Shown here: positions 24,490 through 36,929 of the stretch, piece by piece
How the letters are laid out: every line of letters begins with the position of its first letter
Position numbering within the stretch: position 1 is the first letter of the stretch
NCBI GenBank assembly: GCA_026770705.1
Contig: JANJGN010000036.1
Coordinates: 930,001 to 994,000, forward strand
Direction: 5' to 3'
Length of the DNA stretch: 64,000 nucleotides
Origin: Isurus oxyrinchus
Taxonomy: Eukaryota
Translations under genes and position numbers: made by a program
Notes under the pieces: generated by a model
What the model saw: the letters and a program-made list of their open reading frames with translations, nothing else
Database searches by the model: none
What the model was told of the DNA's origin: nothing

Positions 24490-27108
24490 TCACATCTAAT
24501 ATGTTAAAATCAACTGGACGTCATAGAGTGGTAATTGTTGCTCCGACATTGCTAATGCCCTAATAGCATGAGCAACAAGCCACCAGAGCCGATTATCCAT
24601 GATTCCTTCCCAATATTACTTATTAAAGTCAAATTCTGGCATTTCCCTATACATCATTTATTTCACTCCATCCATCTCCACAAAAAGAGCCGCAACATCT
24701 CTCCAGTTGTTCCAATGCATGTACAGCACAGATATCAATCGAACACTCACTCCCTGGGAACAATGAAAGTATTTCCTTCACTGACCTGTGTGCAGCCTGC
24801 AGATAAACACATACACACTTTCCTCCAGGGGCTCGTTAGAGGGCTTCTTGAACTGATCTCTCTGTTTACAGTCTGCAGATGAAGAACCACGCATTCTCCT
24901 CTAGGGGACTTGTCCTCCACTCAGCGAGCAATCAGTAGCATTTAATTATGCACACTCCTCACAGGAGCTATAATTGAAATTCATGCCTAGATTTCCCTTA
25001 ATATAGTCTTTCCTTGACACTCAAACACGCTTGCCTCTTGTTTTTTTTAGCAAACAGATGAAAATATTATTTAGGAGTATTGTATTCATCTTTAATGACT
25101 AGAATTTCTTTTTCTTATGCTGTCTGTTTGGCCTTCTCATAGGAGTTTTCCTGTCAGTTTCGCACAAGGCTCTCTGGATTCTGCTTCAGACTCGATTGTA
25201 TTTGGTGCTGACGGAAACCTCCTTTATCTTTGTATTTTGAATCTATTTGCATTGTCACTCTGGAAGCCTCAGCTTTGGATATCACATATTCCATTTTCAT
25301 GTAAACATTGGTTGATATGTACCTTAATTATTCACTTTGAATTCCTGACGTTGCTTATTTCCTGTGTTCTTTCTTCATACTCGGGCCCAATGCCTTATAA
25401 AATCATGGAAATTGGTGCAGTTGGGCAAGTTCAACGTGGATATTTGTTCACCACTTTCCAAAACTACTTAAAAATAGATAAAGTATCTTCTCTGTTGCAC
25501 AGAGGTTAAAGCATTGCAGACAATTTCCTTTTGACCTTTTCGCATTCGTCTAGAACTTGACGTATTGCCGTTTGATTTCAAATTGGGCAAGAATTACACA
25601 AACGGAGGAAGTTTTCTGTACAATTGTATGTTTTTTATTTAACTGTCTTTCCACTTTACTCTGCCCCATTTCCAGTATATAGTAGAATATTCCATTACAT
25701 TTCTCTCGAGTTTCCTGAGGATTATGTTGTATAATTTCGTTTCAGTATTATGCAACCACCGTAAAGAACTAGCAGTATAATAGTAAAACAAAATAATAGC
25801 AAAACAAAACCAATTCTGAAAACGAAGAGGGCTGGGAACCCTCAGCCGGCCCAGCAGCACTTGGAGAGAGAGAAACACAGTTAACGTTTAGAGTCGAATA
25901 TGACTTCTTTCGAAATAAAGGAAAGTAGCAATGTGCTAGGATTTGTGCCTTTGAAAGGGAGAGCAGCGGGAAGGAGAGAAGAGGGACTCCCGGGATAAGG
26001 TAGAGGGCGGGAAAAAAATACATGACAAATCGATCAGGGAATAAAAGGCAAAAGGAACAGTGATTGTTTGGTATCTCTTGTTGGAGATGGTGGTTTTCGG
26101 GCACTTATGTGGCGAAACGTTAGTTACAAATTATTCGCCAAAGGCGAACCATTGTGCAGGTCTTGCTGTTTATGGACACGGACTGGTTTAGTGTCCAAAT
26201 GGTGCCGAAGATTGTGCAATCGTCAGGAAAGATCCTCACTGCAGACATTATGATGGAGGACCATCCATTTTTGAAACTGAATGAGTCGAAACTTCCTTGC
26301 ATTAAATGCTTCAAATAGTGTGGTCCTTGTTTTCGGTCCCGCTCCAAACTCTGTTCTCTTTCTGCCCCTTTTTACTGGCCACACTCTGTACGCATTTTTG
26401 GTGTAACATTTGATTTTCGGGATGCAAACCCAACTCTAAGACAGCCTTTTCTTACTTGTGTAGCATTGCTTGACTTGTATTTTAGCTATTGAACCGGAAC
26501 AATTAGTGACATCATTATTTTTAAACTGTCATCCAGATACTGGCCCTGCAGCTATCCATAAAGACATGCCAACAAACTCTTTTCTACCGTAACTACACAT
26601 TCAGTTACATCACTGCCTCCACTATAACTATCCATCCACGTATATTACCGAACTCACTTGTAGTGTAAGTGTCCAGACAGATTTTTCTGTGAGGTCACTT
26701 GTACTACAATTTGCAATACAATTCATGCACTGACCAAAATTCTACGGCAATATTGGTTCCAGAAAAATCCACGAGCAAACTTGCAATTTTATCCCAAATT
26801 AAGATGTATCGTGAAACCAACTTTTACTAAGATTATCCTTGGAGATATATCACTGTCACCACTAGAATTATGTCTAAACATCCGGATGTGTCAGTGAATT
26901 CTCTTGTAACAAAATGCCCAGAAGAGATACAGTTCTCACTTGGATTGGGACCACAAACACAGATATATTAACAACGTCTATTATATTGTACATACTCATC
27001 CAGGCATTTTCTCGACGACATTTGTTCTATAAGTACCCATTCAGACTCATCACTGATTGCAACTTCATAATCACTACATGTCCAGTTACACCAGTGAAGT
27101 CATTTGTC
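24490..27108 (-). pseudogene. Decayed long exon: Cys-rich/Ig-like ectodomain, possible TM, two death-domain-like modules
   Basis: Acceptor tgtttgttacag ending at 27109. Ig-like spacing ECVVT..LYG*(TAG, likely TGG)..SWVC. DD1 ~25745-25460 (LYNIILRKLE..YWKW..PPFV*FL..QTAIRQVLDEC). DD2 ~24755-24495 (VSVRLISVL..NNWRDVAALF..LPLYDVQLIL). Interrupted by CR1 and SINE at ~25830-26255. Partial duplicate at 55095-56918. Confidence 0.45.
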
Positions 27109-27243
27109 CTGTAACAAACAGTCAGAGAGAACACTGAACACGGAAGTACCAATCCACCTTTCTCACTGATATCTCGAAAATAAAATTAACACACAGTAGT
27201 ACGAGCGAACATTTTTGCAGGTTATCTATTCACCCAGGACCTG

Positions 27244-27244
<1 letters not shown>

Positions 27245-27285
<41 letters not shown>

Positions 27286-27395
27286 CTGTCCATCTGTCTG
27301 TCCATCTGTCTGTCTGTCTGCCCGTCTGTCCGTCTGACTGTCCGGCTGTCTATCTATCTATCTATCTGCCTCTCTGTCTGTCTATCTATATATCT
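27245..27395. repeat. (TCTG/TCTA)n tetranucleotide microsatellite; counterpart at 57055-57335 expanded as (TCTA/TCAA)n
   Basis: Visible repeats at equivalent positions in the two duplicated units. Confidence 0.9.
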
Positions 27396-29286
27396 GCGTT
27401 TCTATTTATTTCCAGAATCTGAAAATAACATTTTCAGTGAGAAAGCAGCTGTTGTGGTTCTGCCTACCATCTTTATTCTGCTCTGATCGTTTTAAGATTA
27501 CCATTTAGTTTATATATGAGCCTGGAAAAATAATTGGTAATGTGCTAAAGCGAAGTATTATAAAGGGAAATTGTATCGAACCAGGATGCCTCGGATTTGA
27601 ATGGTTTGATATGGTTTTAAGCAAATTGTTACCAATTGCTTTAATTCTGTATTTCAACACCCTGACTGCCAGATACATTTCATTTGCCAATCGAATTCAT
27701 AAGTGACTGAGGGGTAAGAGCAAGGGAAAAAAGTCACAGTGACACAAAGATGAAGACAGTAGGTTGCCTACGATTTTGCCCTTCTCCACATGCGCCAGCA
27801 TCATGCCTTTGTGTTTGACACATATGATCGATTTCTTAGATTGTGTCATTCAATATCAAAACCTAATAGTTGCTATGAATCTTGACATATCTTTCGAAAT
27901 GTTGAAATATTTTGGTTGATTTACGTTCCTGCAAAAATATGTTTTATTCCTGGGCGACTCAGTCTAAGTTCAAAAGTATGGTGAAAGATCTGGTTGCATC
28001 GATTATTCAATTAATTAATAAATGAAACAAGCGAAATCAGCCTGGATGCGGGTCATAGTGTTTCCAGCCAATCAATGAGCTACTTATTCATAGGCTTGTA
28101 TAACCAACAGGGCACCAAGTGTAGTTCGAGATCTGAAAATACTTAACCGGTGCCCGTACTTGCTGATCTCTCTCTCTCCCTCTATATATATATATTTCCA
28201 TTCTCAGACTGCTGTGTGGTACACAAGTTTTTTCACTGGAAAACACAAAGGGCTTTTTCGGGTACTGGGAGGAGGGTACAACGAAGGGGCGCATTTTCAG
28301 CATATAATTTAAAACTAGAATGAGGAGACATTTCTGCACTCAACCAATTCAGGACCATTCGAATTTTCTAGCCCAGAGGATATTAAAATCTTCGTCATTG
28401 AATTTGCTTAACGTTCACATAGAGAGATATATGGACTCCTAGGGAATTAATGGATCCGGAGAGCAAGCGGGGAAGTGTGGTTGATGCCCAGGATTAGCCA
28501 TGAGCATTTTGAATAGCCGAACAGGCTCGTAGGCCATAAGGGTTTGTCATGCTCCTGTTTGCAAGTTCAAAATGATAGCGTCTGGAGTGCTGGCGAGGAG
28601 GCAGAGCTTCCCTCCACGCAAGGGTGGACACCCCTGTGACGTCAGCTTGGTGACTGCCCAGATGGGCAGGGTTGAGGAAATTCCTGGTCCTCGTGTTATC
28701 TGCCATTGCTAAAGATTTTCTCTGTACTGGCTGTGTCTTTCTCACACCGTTAAATATTCTTTACTCAATCCACTGCTTTAAATAAGCTACCTACACCTTC
28801 TTGTCTTCTTATCCACCTCTATATAAGCATATTCCATTTCCTCCAGAAACATCCTTTCATCTCCCAAATCCCTTCCCATCGTTCGTGAGAGAGAGAGAGA
28901 TGGGAAAGATTAAGAGAGGCTGAGAGGGAGAGAGAGAGAGAGAGAGATGGCAAGAAATGAGCAGGCCGGAAGTAGTCCAATGATCAACAATTTAATTTTG
29001 AAGAAATTCCAATGACCAAGCACACTAAGGGGACGGTTTCCCTCAAATACAGCTCACCCGGCGTGGCAAATACCAGCGCAGCCAGCTTGTTTTGTGGGAC
29101 TGTCTGGACAAATATTGGGAGACAGTGAATTTACAAAAAACGATAATTCTGTGCAAAATCTGAATACATTTCACTTGCTCTCTTATTTCCAATCAATAGT
29201 GTGGATCCATTCTGGAGCTGTGCATGAGCCTCTCTACAAGCGTAGAAGCAGGAACTCGAGTCATTCACTGGAAAATTGCGAATTTA

Positions 29287-29912
29287 CGTTGTTTTATTTA
29301 TTCATTCACGGGATGCAGGCTTCGGAGGCTGGGCTAGCATTTATTGCCCACCCCTTGTTGCCCTTGAGAAGGTTGTAGTGAGACTGCCTTCTTGAGCCGT
29401 TGCAGTCCATGTACTGTAGGTATACCCACATTGTTGTTAGGGAGGGATTCCCAAGAGTTTGACCCAGCGATAATGCTGCAACTGCGATATATTTCCAAGT
29501 CTGGATGGTGAGTGAGTTGGGTGGGGTTGGGGTGGGGGTGGGGTGGCGGGGAACTTCCAGGTGATGGTGTTCCCATGTGTCTGCTGCCTTTCTACTGCTA
29601 GATGGTAGCAGTCGTGGGTTTGGAGTGTTTTGTGCAAGGAACCTCGCTGAATTCCTGCAGTGCATGTTTAGATAGTGCACACTGCTGCTACTGTGCGTCA
29701 GCGGAGGAGAAAGTGATGTTTGTGGATGGGGTGCCAATCAAGCGGGGCTGCTTTGTCCTGGACAGTGTCGAGCTTTTGAGAGTTATTGGAGCTGCACTAA
29801 TCCAGGCAAGTGGAGAATATTCCATCACACTCCTGACTTGGGTGTGGACAGGCTTTGGTGAGTCAGGAGGTGAGTTACATGATCCCTAACATCTGACCCA
29901 CTATCTAATCTC
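29287..29912 (-). mobile_element. CR1 3' fragment inserted in the V exon of copy A (duplicate at ~59258-59890)
   Basis: Same family as 4365-5835; flanked on both sides by V-exon sequence. Confidence 0.85.
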
Positions 29913-30119
29913 AGTATTTCGCAATGGCAGTATGAATACATATTTGCAGTTGCCGTTTTTGGAAATGAACTTAAAATCGAACCCTTGGCGGGGAGGGATA
30001 TTGATTAGCATCCACAAGTTGTTTGTATCAGAAATAGCTGGACACCAATTCCTCTTTGTAATGGCAGCGTAGGTTTATTGCACTGTGCCTCTGACTTCAG
30101 CTGTCATTATAATGGAGCG

Positions 30120-30470
30120 GCAGAAGCAATAGTGATTGTGTTGTCACAGGGCTGGTTGTCACTGGAACTCACTGTCACTGGGAGCGGTTTCGAATCCCAC
30201 CACGATAGATGGTGGAATTTAAATTCAATAAAATCTGAAATTAAGTGTAATGATGACCGTGAAGCCATTGTCGTTTGCTGTAATAAAAAAAGTGGTTCCC
30301 GAATGACTTTTAGGGAATTAAATCCGCTTTCCTTACCTGGTATGGCCTACATTTGACACCAGATTTGCAATAATGCCCTTGACTCTTAAATGCCTTCTGA
30401 ACAAGGGCAATGGGCAATAAATGGTGGCCGAGCAAGCGACGTCCATATCTAGTGACCGAATTAAAAAAAA
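30120..30470 (+). mobile_element. tRNA-derived SINE inserted in the V exon of copy A (duplicate at ~60090-60447)
   Basis: B-box-like ggtttcgaatccc, CR1-like 3' end gggcaataaatg..ggcc, terminal poly-A; splits the V exon between SLSQ and IMTAEV. Confidence 0.85.
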
Positions 30471-32045
30471 CTGAGACAGAGAGGGCTCGGATTCTGCAAC
30501 GAGAGGGATTATTGTCAAAGCACCATTGATGATTAAGAAACAGGAAGCAATCACTTTTAAAGACTTCACCTGCAATTTAAGAACTAATTCATTATTGTCC
30601 TTAATTATTCTTGGTTGTTTATTGCCAATGCGCTCTTTCTTCACTTTATAGGAGGAACCTGAAAATAAACTCACTTGATCTGAGTAAATTGCTTCACCTG
30701 ACCACTGGGTCATATTTTCAGCTAATTAAACACGGACCTTCCCTGATAAAACAGTTTAACATTGCCGCCCGCCTCTTACTCACCAGAAACCCGCAGCACC
30801 TGAAAATTAAGTATCAGAAACAAAGGTTCCTTGGATATCTTGACGTGGTGAGTTCTCCCTGTTTTCACTCTCACCAGTTTGATTCTACAGGAGCAGTGGC
30901 CGCAAGCTGACCTGAGTTCAGTCCCAGTCAGTTGCTCCCCTTTTAGCGGCGGTGTAATCTATGACGAGCCATGCTATGGAAAGCATGACACCATTTTAGG
31001 TGCAGGTGCTGGTGAATGCCACGTGCATTTGCTACATTATGATCAACGTTTGTGCGTCCAGCGGTCAAGTGGCAGAATGTGTTTAAAGAACTTGACTGCA
31101 TTGGTGATTGGTGTTCGGTGGAGGGGCGGTTGTGGGGGGTGGGGGAGAGGTGGTGTTGCGGGTGGTGGGTGCAGTGGGAGGGTGCTCACACAGTACTTAT
31201 TTTATTGGTCGTTTTTGATTGTCACAGGTAAAGTTTTATTCATTCTCGGGATCATCCTTAATTGCCTGTTGAGAAGCTGGTAGTGAGCCGCCTTCTGGAA
31301 CTGCTGCAGACCATGTGGTGTATTTACATCCACAGTGCTTTTAGGGAGGGAGTTCCAGGATTTTGAACCAGTGACAGTTAAGGAACTTCAGTTATTTCCA
31401 AGTTAGGATGGCGTGTGTTTTGGAGGGTGGGGGGGAGGGGGGGTCGTGGGGGTGGGGGGTGATTACAGTTGGTGGTGATCCCACCTATCTGCAGTCCTTA
31501 CACTTCTACCACGCAGAAGTCAATGGTTTGTAAGGTGAATGCCAGGAATTCTGAAAGCAGCGTCTTAGCAATCAATGCAATTTATTCTGAAAAGAGGCTG
31601 TACAAGGTTCGTTATACAATCTGCTTAACTTGGAGAACAGAAAATATTTAAGGAAATGTCTGCGGTTTGATTTGCATTTTAAGTGAATGGAGAAGAAGAG
31701 GAAATGAAGAGTGGGTGAGAGAGTGAAAAATAAAACAGTTCCAAAATTTAGATTTGAATCAGTTATTTAAAGTTATTAACTTCGTACAATCCCCATGTGT
31801 GTATCCCAGTGATTAAATCAGATTTACTGGTGAATCAACTTGGAAAGTGCCCTTGGAAAGACAGGAATAAAATGGCACAAAGGTCTGATTGCACGTGGTT
31901 TTTCGAAATGGACTATATTTTTTCCAAATAGGATTTTGCTTCTTCCTTATCAGGGAGGCAGGCTTCAGGAGAGAGGGTGTGTGGGTGCAGGGTGGCCGTA
32001 GCATCATTACCAGAAGTAAATATTGTTTATTTTTCTCTTACGTGG

Positions 32046-35000
32046 TTATTATGTCTCAGTCTGTCTTGCCCCAGTGTCCACTGGTTCAGGCACTCTCTGC
32101 TGAGAGTCGCGCTAAATTGAGCAGCCACACGGGGAGCTCTACAGCTGCCTCCCTCTTCTGGTACAGACAGTGGGACCGAAATGACTTGAAGCTGGTTTAC
32201 ACAGCGAACAAGCACATCCCATCAGAGGGATGGTTTTCCAGGGAAGTTTCTGAGAAAGCGGGTTATTATTCACTGCTCATTGCGGATACCCGGAGAGACG
32301 ATTTTGGAATGTACTACTGTGCAATCCACAATTACAGTAACGTGGCACGGATATTCGGAAATGGCTCCCAGTTAGTGAATACAGGTAAATTTCATCATTA
32401 TTCCATTGTATTGGACATTTCTTCAGCAATTAAAAGTCATGGTTTCAGTTGCTAATGGGATTTCTATTTCATTTGCCAAATTTAGAGGGCTCCCCAACCA
32501 TATTCCTCCTCATCCCGCCAGAACATGAGATTCCTTTGATGGAAAGGGTCCCGTTGTTGTGTTTGATCAGAGGCTTCTCTCTCGATTCCATTCTCGTCTG
32601 CTGGAATATTTCCGAGAGGGATACCGAAGGACTGACCGATCCTGGAATAATTGAGTCAGATGGGACCTACACCATCAGGAGTTACACGAGCCTCTCGGCA
32701 GAATCATGGAGCAGCGGCGCTCTCTGTACTTGTGCCATTCAAATCAACTCCATTGAAAGTATTCTCATGAAAGTGTCTCATCGCAGAGAGGTAGCTATTA
32801 AAAGTGACTGTTCACCCATCGATTTAATGCTGATTAGAGTCTTTGTCAATGTTGTAAATTAGAATTGCCTATGTTTCCGTGTGTGTCCATGGATCATCAT
32901 TTTATCATTGACCTATCATAGACCTGTCAATCTTTCAGAGTTTAGCTTTCTGGAATATTTACTCCATCTGTTCTCTCTGCCGCAGAGAGCTATCGGATGT
33001 TCAGTCACTGAGGAAGATTTTTGTATACAAAGGGAATAATGTATGTGGACAGTGAGGGAATGTAAAGTTGCTTTACAAGATTAGTTATTGTCTTACTGAA
33101 TCTGCTTTGAGGGACTGAAAGTTCCCATGTCCCCATTTCTTGAGTTCTTGTGTCTATCTAGCAATATTGACATGGTTGTGTGCCACTTGATAGATTGCCA
33201 GTTTGTAAAATTGAAAGGCGTGGTGACATTCCCAGTATTCCTCTTTGTCTCATCATGCCTGTTAACGATTATAGATTCATCTCTCTATCACTTTGTCATG
33301 TACAAAATTCCTGTTGGTCTCACTTCAACAGTGAGGTACAAGATATTTCCTACATCTGTCTGCCTATCTGTTTAACTGTCTCTCCATCTCCCTCTCTCTG
33401 TCTTTCTGGGTCTGTCTTTTTCTTCTCTTCTCTCTCTTTCTCTATACATCAATCTACTGCTACCCAAGAACAGTTTTATATATTTGCCCCATCTGTCTGT
33501 CTTTCTGACTCTCTGTCTCTCCTTCTCCCTCTGACATCCTCCCTCTCTCCTGCCACTCTCTTTCTCTGTCTCTCTCTGCCACTCTCTTTCTGTTAGTCTG
33601 TCACTTTGTATCTGCCTCATTCTCTGTCTCCGTTGATTTATTTATTGATCTCTGTATATATCTACCTTTCTCTCTCTCTGATTAACTTATCCTTTTCTAC
33701 GGTAGTTAAATGGTGCAGTATAAGACACCAATTCCATTTATCTATCTACTTATCTCTCTCTTGCACTCTCCATAACTCTCTTTCACTCTCTCTTTCTCTG
33801 TCTCCCTCTTCCTCACAGCCTCTATTTCTTGCTCCCTGCGTCTCTCAGTCTCTATATCTCGTTGTCTCTTGCCATCCTATTCTCTCTCATTTAAACAGTT
33901 CTGGAAAAGCTGTCAGCTCTTTCTATTACAGTAGCTTCATCTCACTCTCTCCCTCCCTCTATCTGTCTACCCAACCCTCTATCTTGCTCTCTCTGTACCG
34001 CAGCTCCCTCTATTTCAATCCAGTTTGAACAATGTGCTCTCTCTCCTTCTTTGTATGCCTCTTTCTCTCTTCCATTATTTATCTCTCCACCTAACGATTT
34101 CTCTGTCTTTCATGTATAGTTAATCAGTTTGGTATCATATACCTGTTATCTCGATCAGTCTCGCCAACTCCCTCTATCTTACTAGTTATGCTACATTTAT
34201 GCTACTAGTTTGAACAGTGGTGTATGCCATATGATGCTATCTTTCTCTCCATCTCTCTGTCATTCTATTTCTCCTTCTTATTTGTTGCTATTTCTACTTG
34301 TGCCCTGTTTCAACATTGCTCTGTAAGATCTCTGCTCTATTTAAGGTTCATGAAGCATGAAAAAAAAATCCAGATCTGTTTTCGGGTGAAATAAGATATT
34401 TAAATGGGCAATATTTCTCTAATTCAATTAATTCCACAATAATTTTTAAATGGGCATTTTATGTATTTTTGCATATTCTCTGCTCCGGACTACCTGCAAT
34501 TTCCCACTTTCCAGGAGCTTTTCGGCGGTGGCGCTTCTCCTTCTGGGGATGATCCTTGTGACCGGGAGATGCAGCTGCAGGAACCGGCAGACAGGTAGCC
34601 ATCGTTGGAGACGCTGTAACTCCGCGGTGCTCTCAATCCATCTATTTATCAATGGGTTATTGACACTTTCAGCCGGTTCACTGTAAAATGTAACCATTTA
34701 TGCTCAGTTCAAGTTTCACTTTCTAACAGGAAGCATGAACATTGATGAGGAACTGACAAATTCCAGTGAACGACAAAGGTATAAAGAGGTAAAATACTGG
34801 AAATTCTTGTTGCCACTGCGCATGAATGCTTTTCTCCCATTTTTAATCCAAGGTTTACATTTCATGGCTATTGTTATGTAAGTCTCGAAAATTTTGCGTA
34901 GTGAGCACAAGAGGATAGCAGAAACTAGTGTTCAATTCCTCGAGTTCCAAAGATTAAGGGGTAATCTAACCAAGGCCTTTAAGATGGTTAAAGGATACGA

Positions 35001-35434
35001 TAGCGTCAATGAAGAGAAACTATTTCCTATGGGGGTGCTGGGCGGATGGAATCCAGAATAAGAGGCAGAGCGTTGACATTAGAACATCTCGTTCAGGGCT
35101 GGTATCAAGAAGCACTTCTACGCTCACAAGTGAGTGGTAATCTGGAACTCTCTGCCCGGAGAAGCTGTTGAGGCTGCCGGATCAATTGGAAATGTCAAAA
35201 CTGTGATTTGTAGATTGTTGCTGTGTAAGGGGCTTAAGGATTACGGAAACAGGTTGGGTACATGGGAGTTATGATACAGATCCTCCATGATGTAATTGAA
35301 CAGACTGGAAGGGCTGAAAGACCTCCTCCTATCCCTATGATGGTGGTGTTTGTTGTATTAAGAGTTTATGTCTTTATTTTCCCCCACAGTCACTTTATGC
35401 CCACTTGGCTTTCAGGGAGGATTCCACACTCTGA
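32046..35434 (+). pseudogene. Type-2 VJ-C1-TM-ITIM receptor gene, damaged (copy A)
   Basis: VJ exon 32046-32384 (339 nt; LFWYRQ, DFGMYYC, IFGNGSQLV; acceptor AG>GG; B-strand Cys>Ser). C1 exon 32486-32790 (305 nt, 1 nt short of phase 1). TM exon ~34487-34594 (TTCNFPLSRSFSAVALLLLGMILVTGRCSCRNRQT, acceptor damaged). Tail exon 34730-34788 (GSMNIDEELTNSSERQRYKE). Terminal exon 35390-35434 (SLYAHLAFREDSTL*). Leader not identified. Confidence 0.8.
33355..34090. repeat. CT-rich low-complexity intronic tract (duplicate at 63340-64000)
   Basis: Visible CT repeats between the C1 and TM exons of the type-2 gene. Confidence 0.85.
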
Positions 35435-36929
35435 TTGGAGAAGAAAGGTGGAGAGAGCTCACAGTCTGCTTCCTGATTATGACGTGTTATAGAAATTGTC
35501 ACCTGTTGAACATCCGAAAACCCTGCTGGCGCAACTTCAGGTGCATTCTCGTCGCAATTTTGTGATGTTACCCAAAGCGGAAACTGAATTATTCAATAAT
35601 GTGCACTATTCTAACGAATTAATATCACTTTCAGTTCCACTCCAGCATCTTCAGATTCTGTTATCTGGTGTTAGTGCTTTTATTGCATTCTGCATCTTTA
35701 TTCACTTTTTCAGCAAGATATTATTCAACAGGCTTTACAATGCATCTATACTCGATTTCCTATATATTGAAACAGATTTGAAAACCGATGACAGCTCTGT
35801 TAGTCTCTTTTTTTTGTTCATTCAGACCAGATGACCTCAGGTTAACTCTGAGTCTAATTTATAAAGGCATTTATAGAGCGAATGTAAGCAGGATAGAAGT
35901 AGGGTTAAGGACCGACAGGCACTGGGTGGGGATTTAGGCTTCATTGATATGAAAGCTTCAGTGTTACTGGACCTTCACTTGTTGTGCTGTGGGAGGGAAC
36001 AGTGTTACATTTACTCTTGAAAGAAGATTTTTGACAAACTATCCCTTCTTTTTAAAATATATTTGAATGGATTATACCGCAAAAATCTCTGGTTGGAAGA
36101 CACTTAAAGAACAAAAGGATGCTATTCAGCCTGTCATGCCTGTGCCAGCTCTTTGAATGTGCACTTTCGCCTCACACCCCAGCTATGTTCTCATGACCCT
36201 ATAAATTAGTCCTCTTGTAGCACACCACCCATTTAATGTTACCATTTAACCTGCTTACAACATATCTAATTGGCTGTGGTTGAAAGCCGCTTCCTGGCGA
36301 TGTTAATAATTCAGAATCAAACATAAATCGCTGCACGCATTGGAAGGTCAATCAAATGCGTGAGTAAATTTAGGGTCATGTTTCCCTGAGATGATGTAAT
36401 CTATTTGCATGTCATCTTTCATTTCATCAATTTTAAATTGCTGGTCAGCAAACCATTGGTATGCTGATTACTGGGCATTTTGTTGGTGATTAAACTCTGA
36501 TCTGCAGGACGTCTAACAATTCCTGTAGCTGATGCAAATTAACAATGGATTAATCTATTGTCAACAGACATTCTGCACTAATATTTCAGCAGTTTTTCGA
36601 GACACTTATTAGAAGATGCAGATGGAAAACTTCATTCTGCTAAGCACAGTTTTGCCACCGGCAAGGTTCTGTCCTCCCTAACCTGCAGGGCAACATCTAT
36701 TTCTTAAATAAAATAAAAAAAAAACAGGGGACTCACAAACGCCTCCCTATTGCCCTCACAAGAGAACCATTCACAGATCTGATTACTCTGCGTGTCAGCG
36801 ACCTCCAGATATCAGTCTGCTTAACATCTTGACCTGTTGATCTTGCAGGAACATTGGAACCAGTCAGTTCCTCTGGTTGGATTTGGCATTCGATCTGATC
36901 ATAGCTGATGTTAGGAACTTGAGGTAGAT

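Larger units (their letters stand above)
28960..30838 (-). pseudogene. Type-1 VJ-C1 receptor pseudogene (copy A)
   Basis: Paralog of gene B. 55-nt leader 30838-30784 with ATG>ATA; 24-nt mini-exon 30721-30698 (AENMTQWS); V exon 30493-29187 split by a SINE and a CR1 fragment, with stops, frameshifts and donor GT>AT; C1 exon starts 29103 and is truncated after the C-strand Trp. Confidence 0.85.
25308..34023 (+). repeat. Segmental duplication unit 1 (direct copy at ~55095-64000)
   Basis: Collinear near-identical sequence, roughly 90% by eye, with matching ORF pairs (29306/59277, 29602/59573, 30879/60855, 31889/62030, 33372/63329). Confidence 0.95.

Noticed and set aside
31810-31829. Possible 20-nt mini-exon (cag..gtgaat) upstream of the type-2 V exon
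   Set aside because: Length is not phase-compatible with the phase-1 V exon, and no leader was found upstream.
32046-32790. Conventional rearranging TCR or Ig light-chain locus
   Set aside because: V and J-like motifs are in one exon, no RSS heptamer/nonamer is visible, C1 lies only ~100 bp downstream, and TM plus Tyr-motif tail exons follow. A germline-joined IgL would have no TM.
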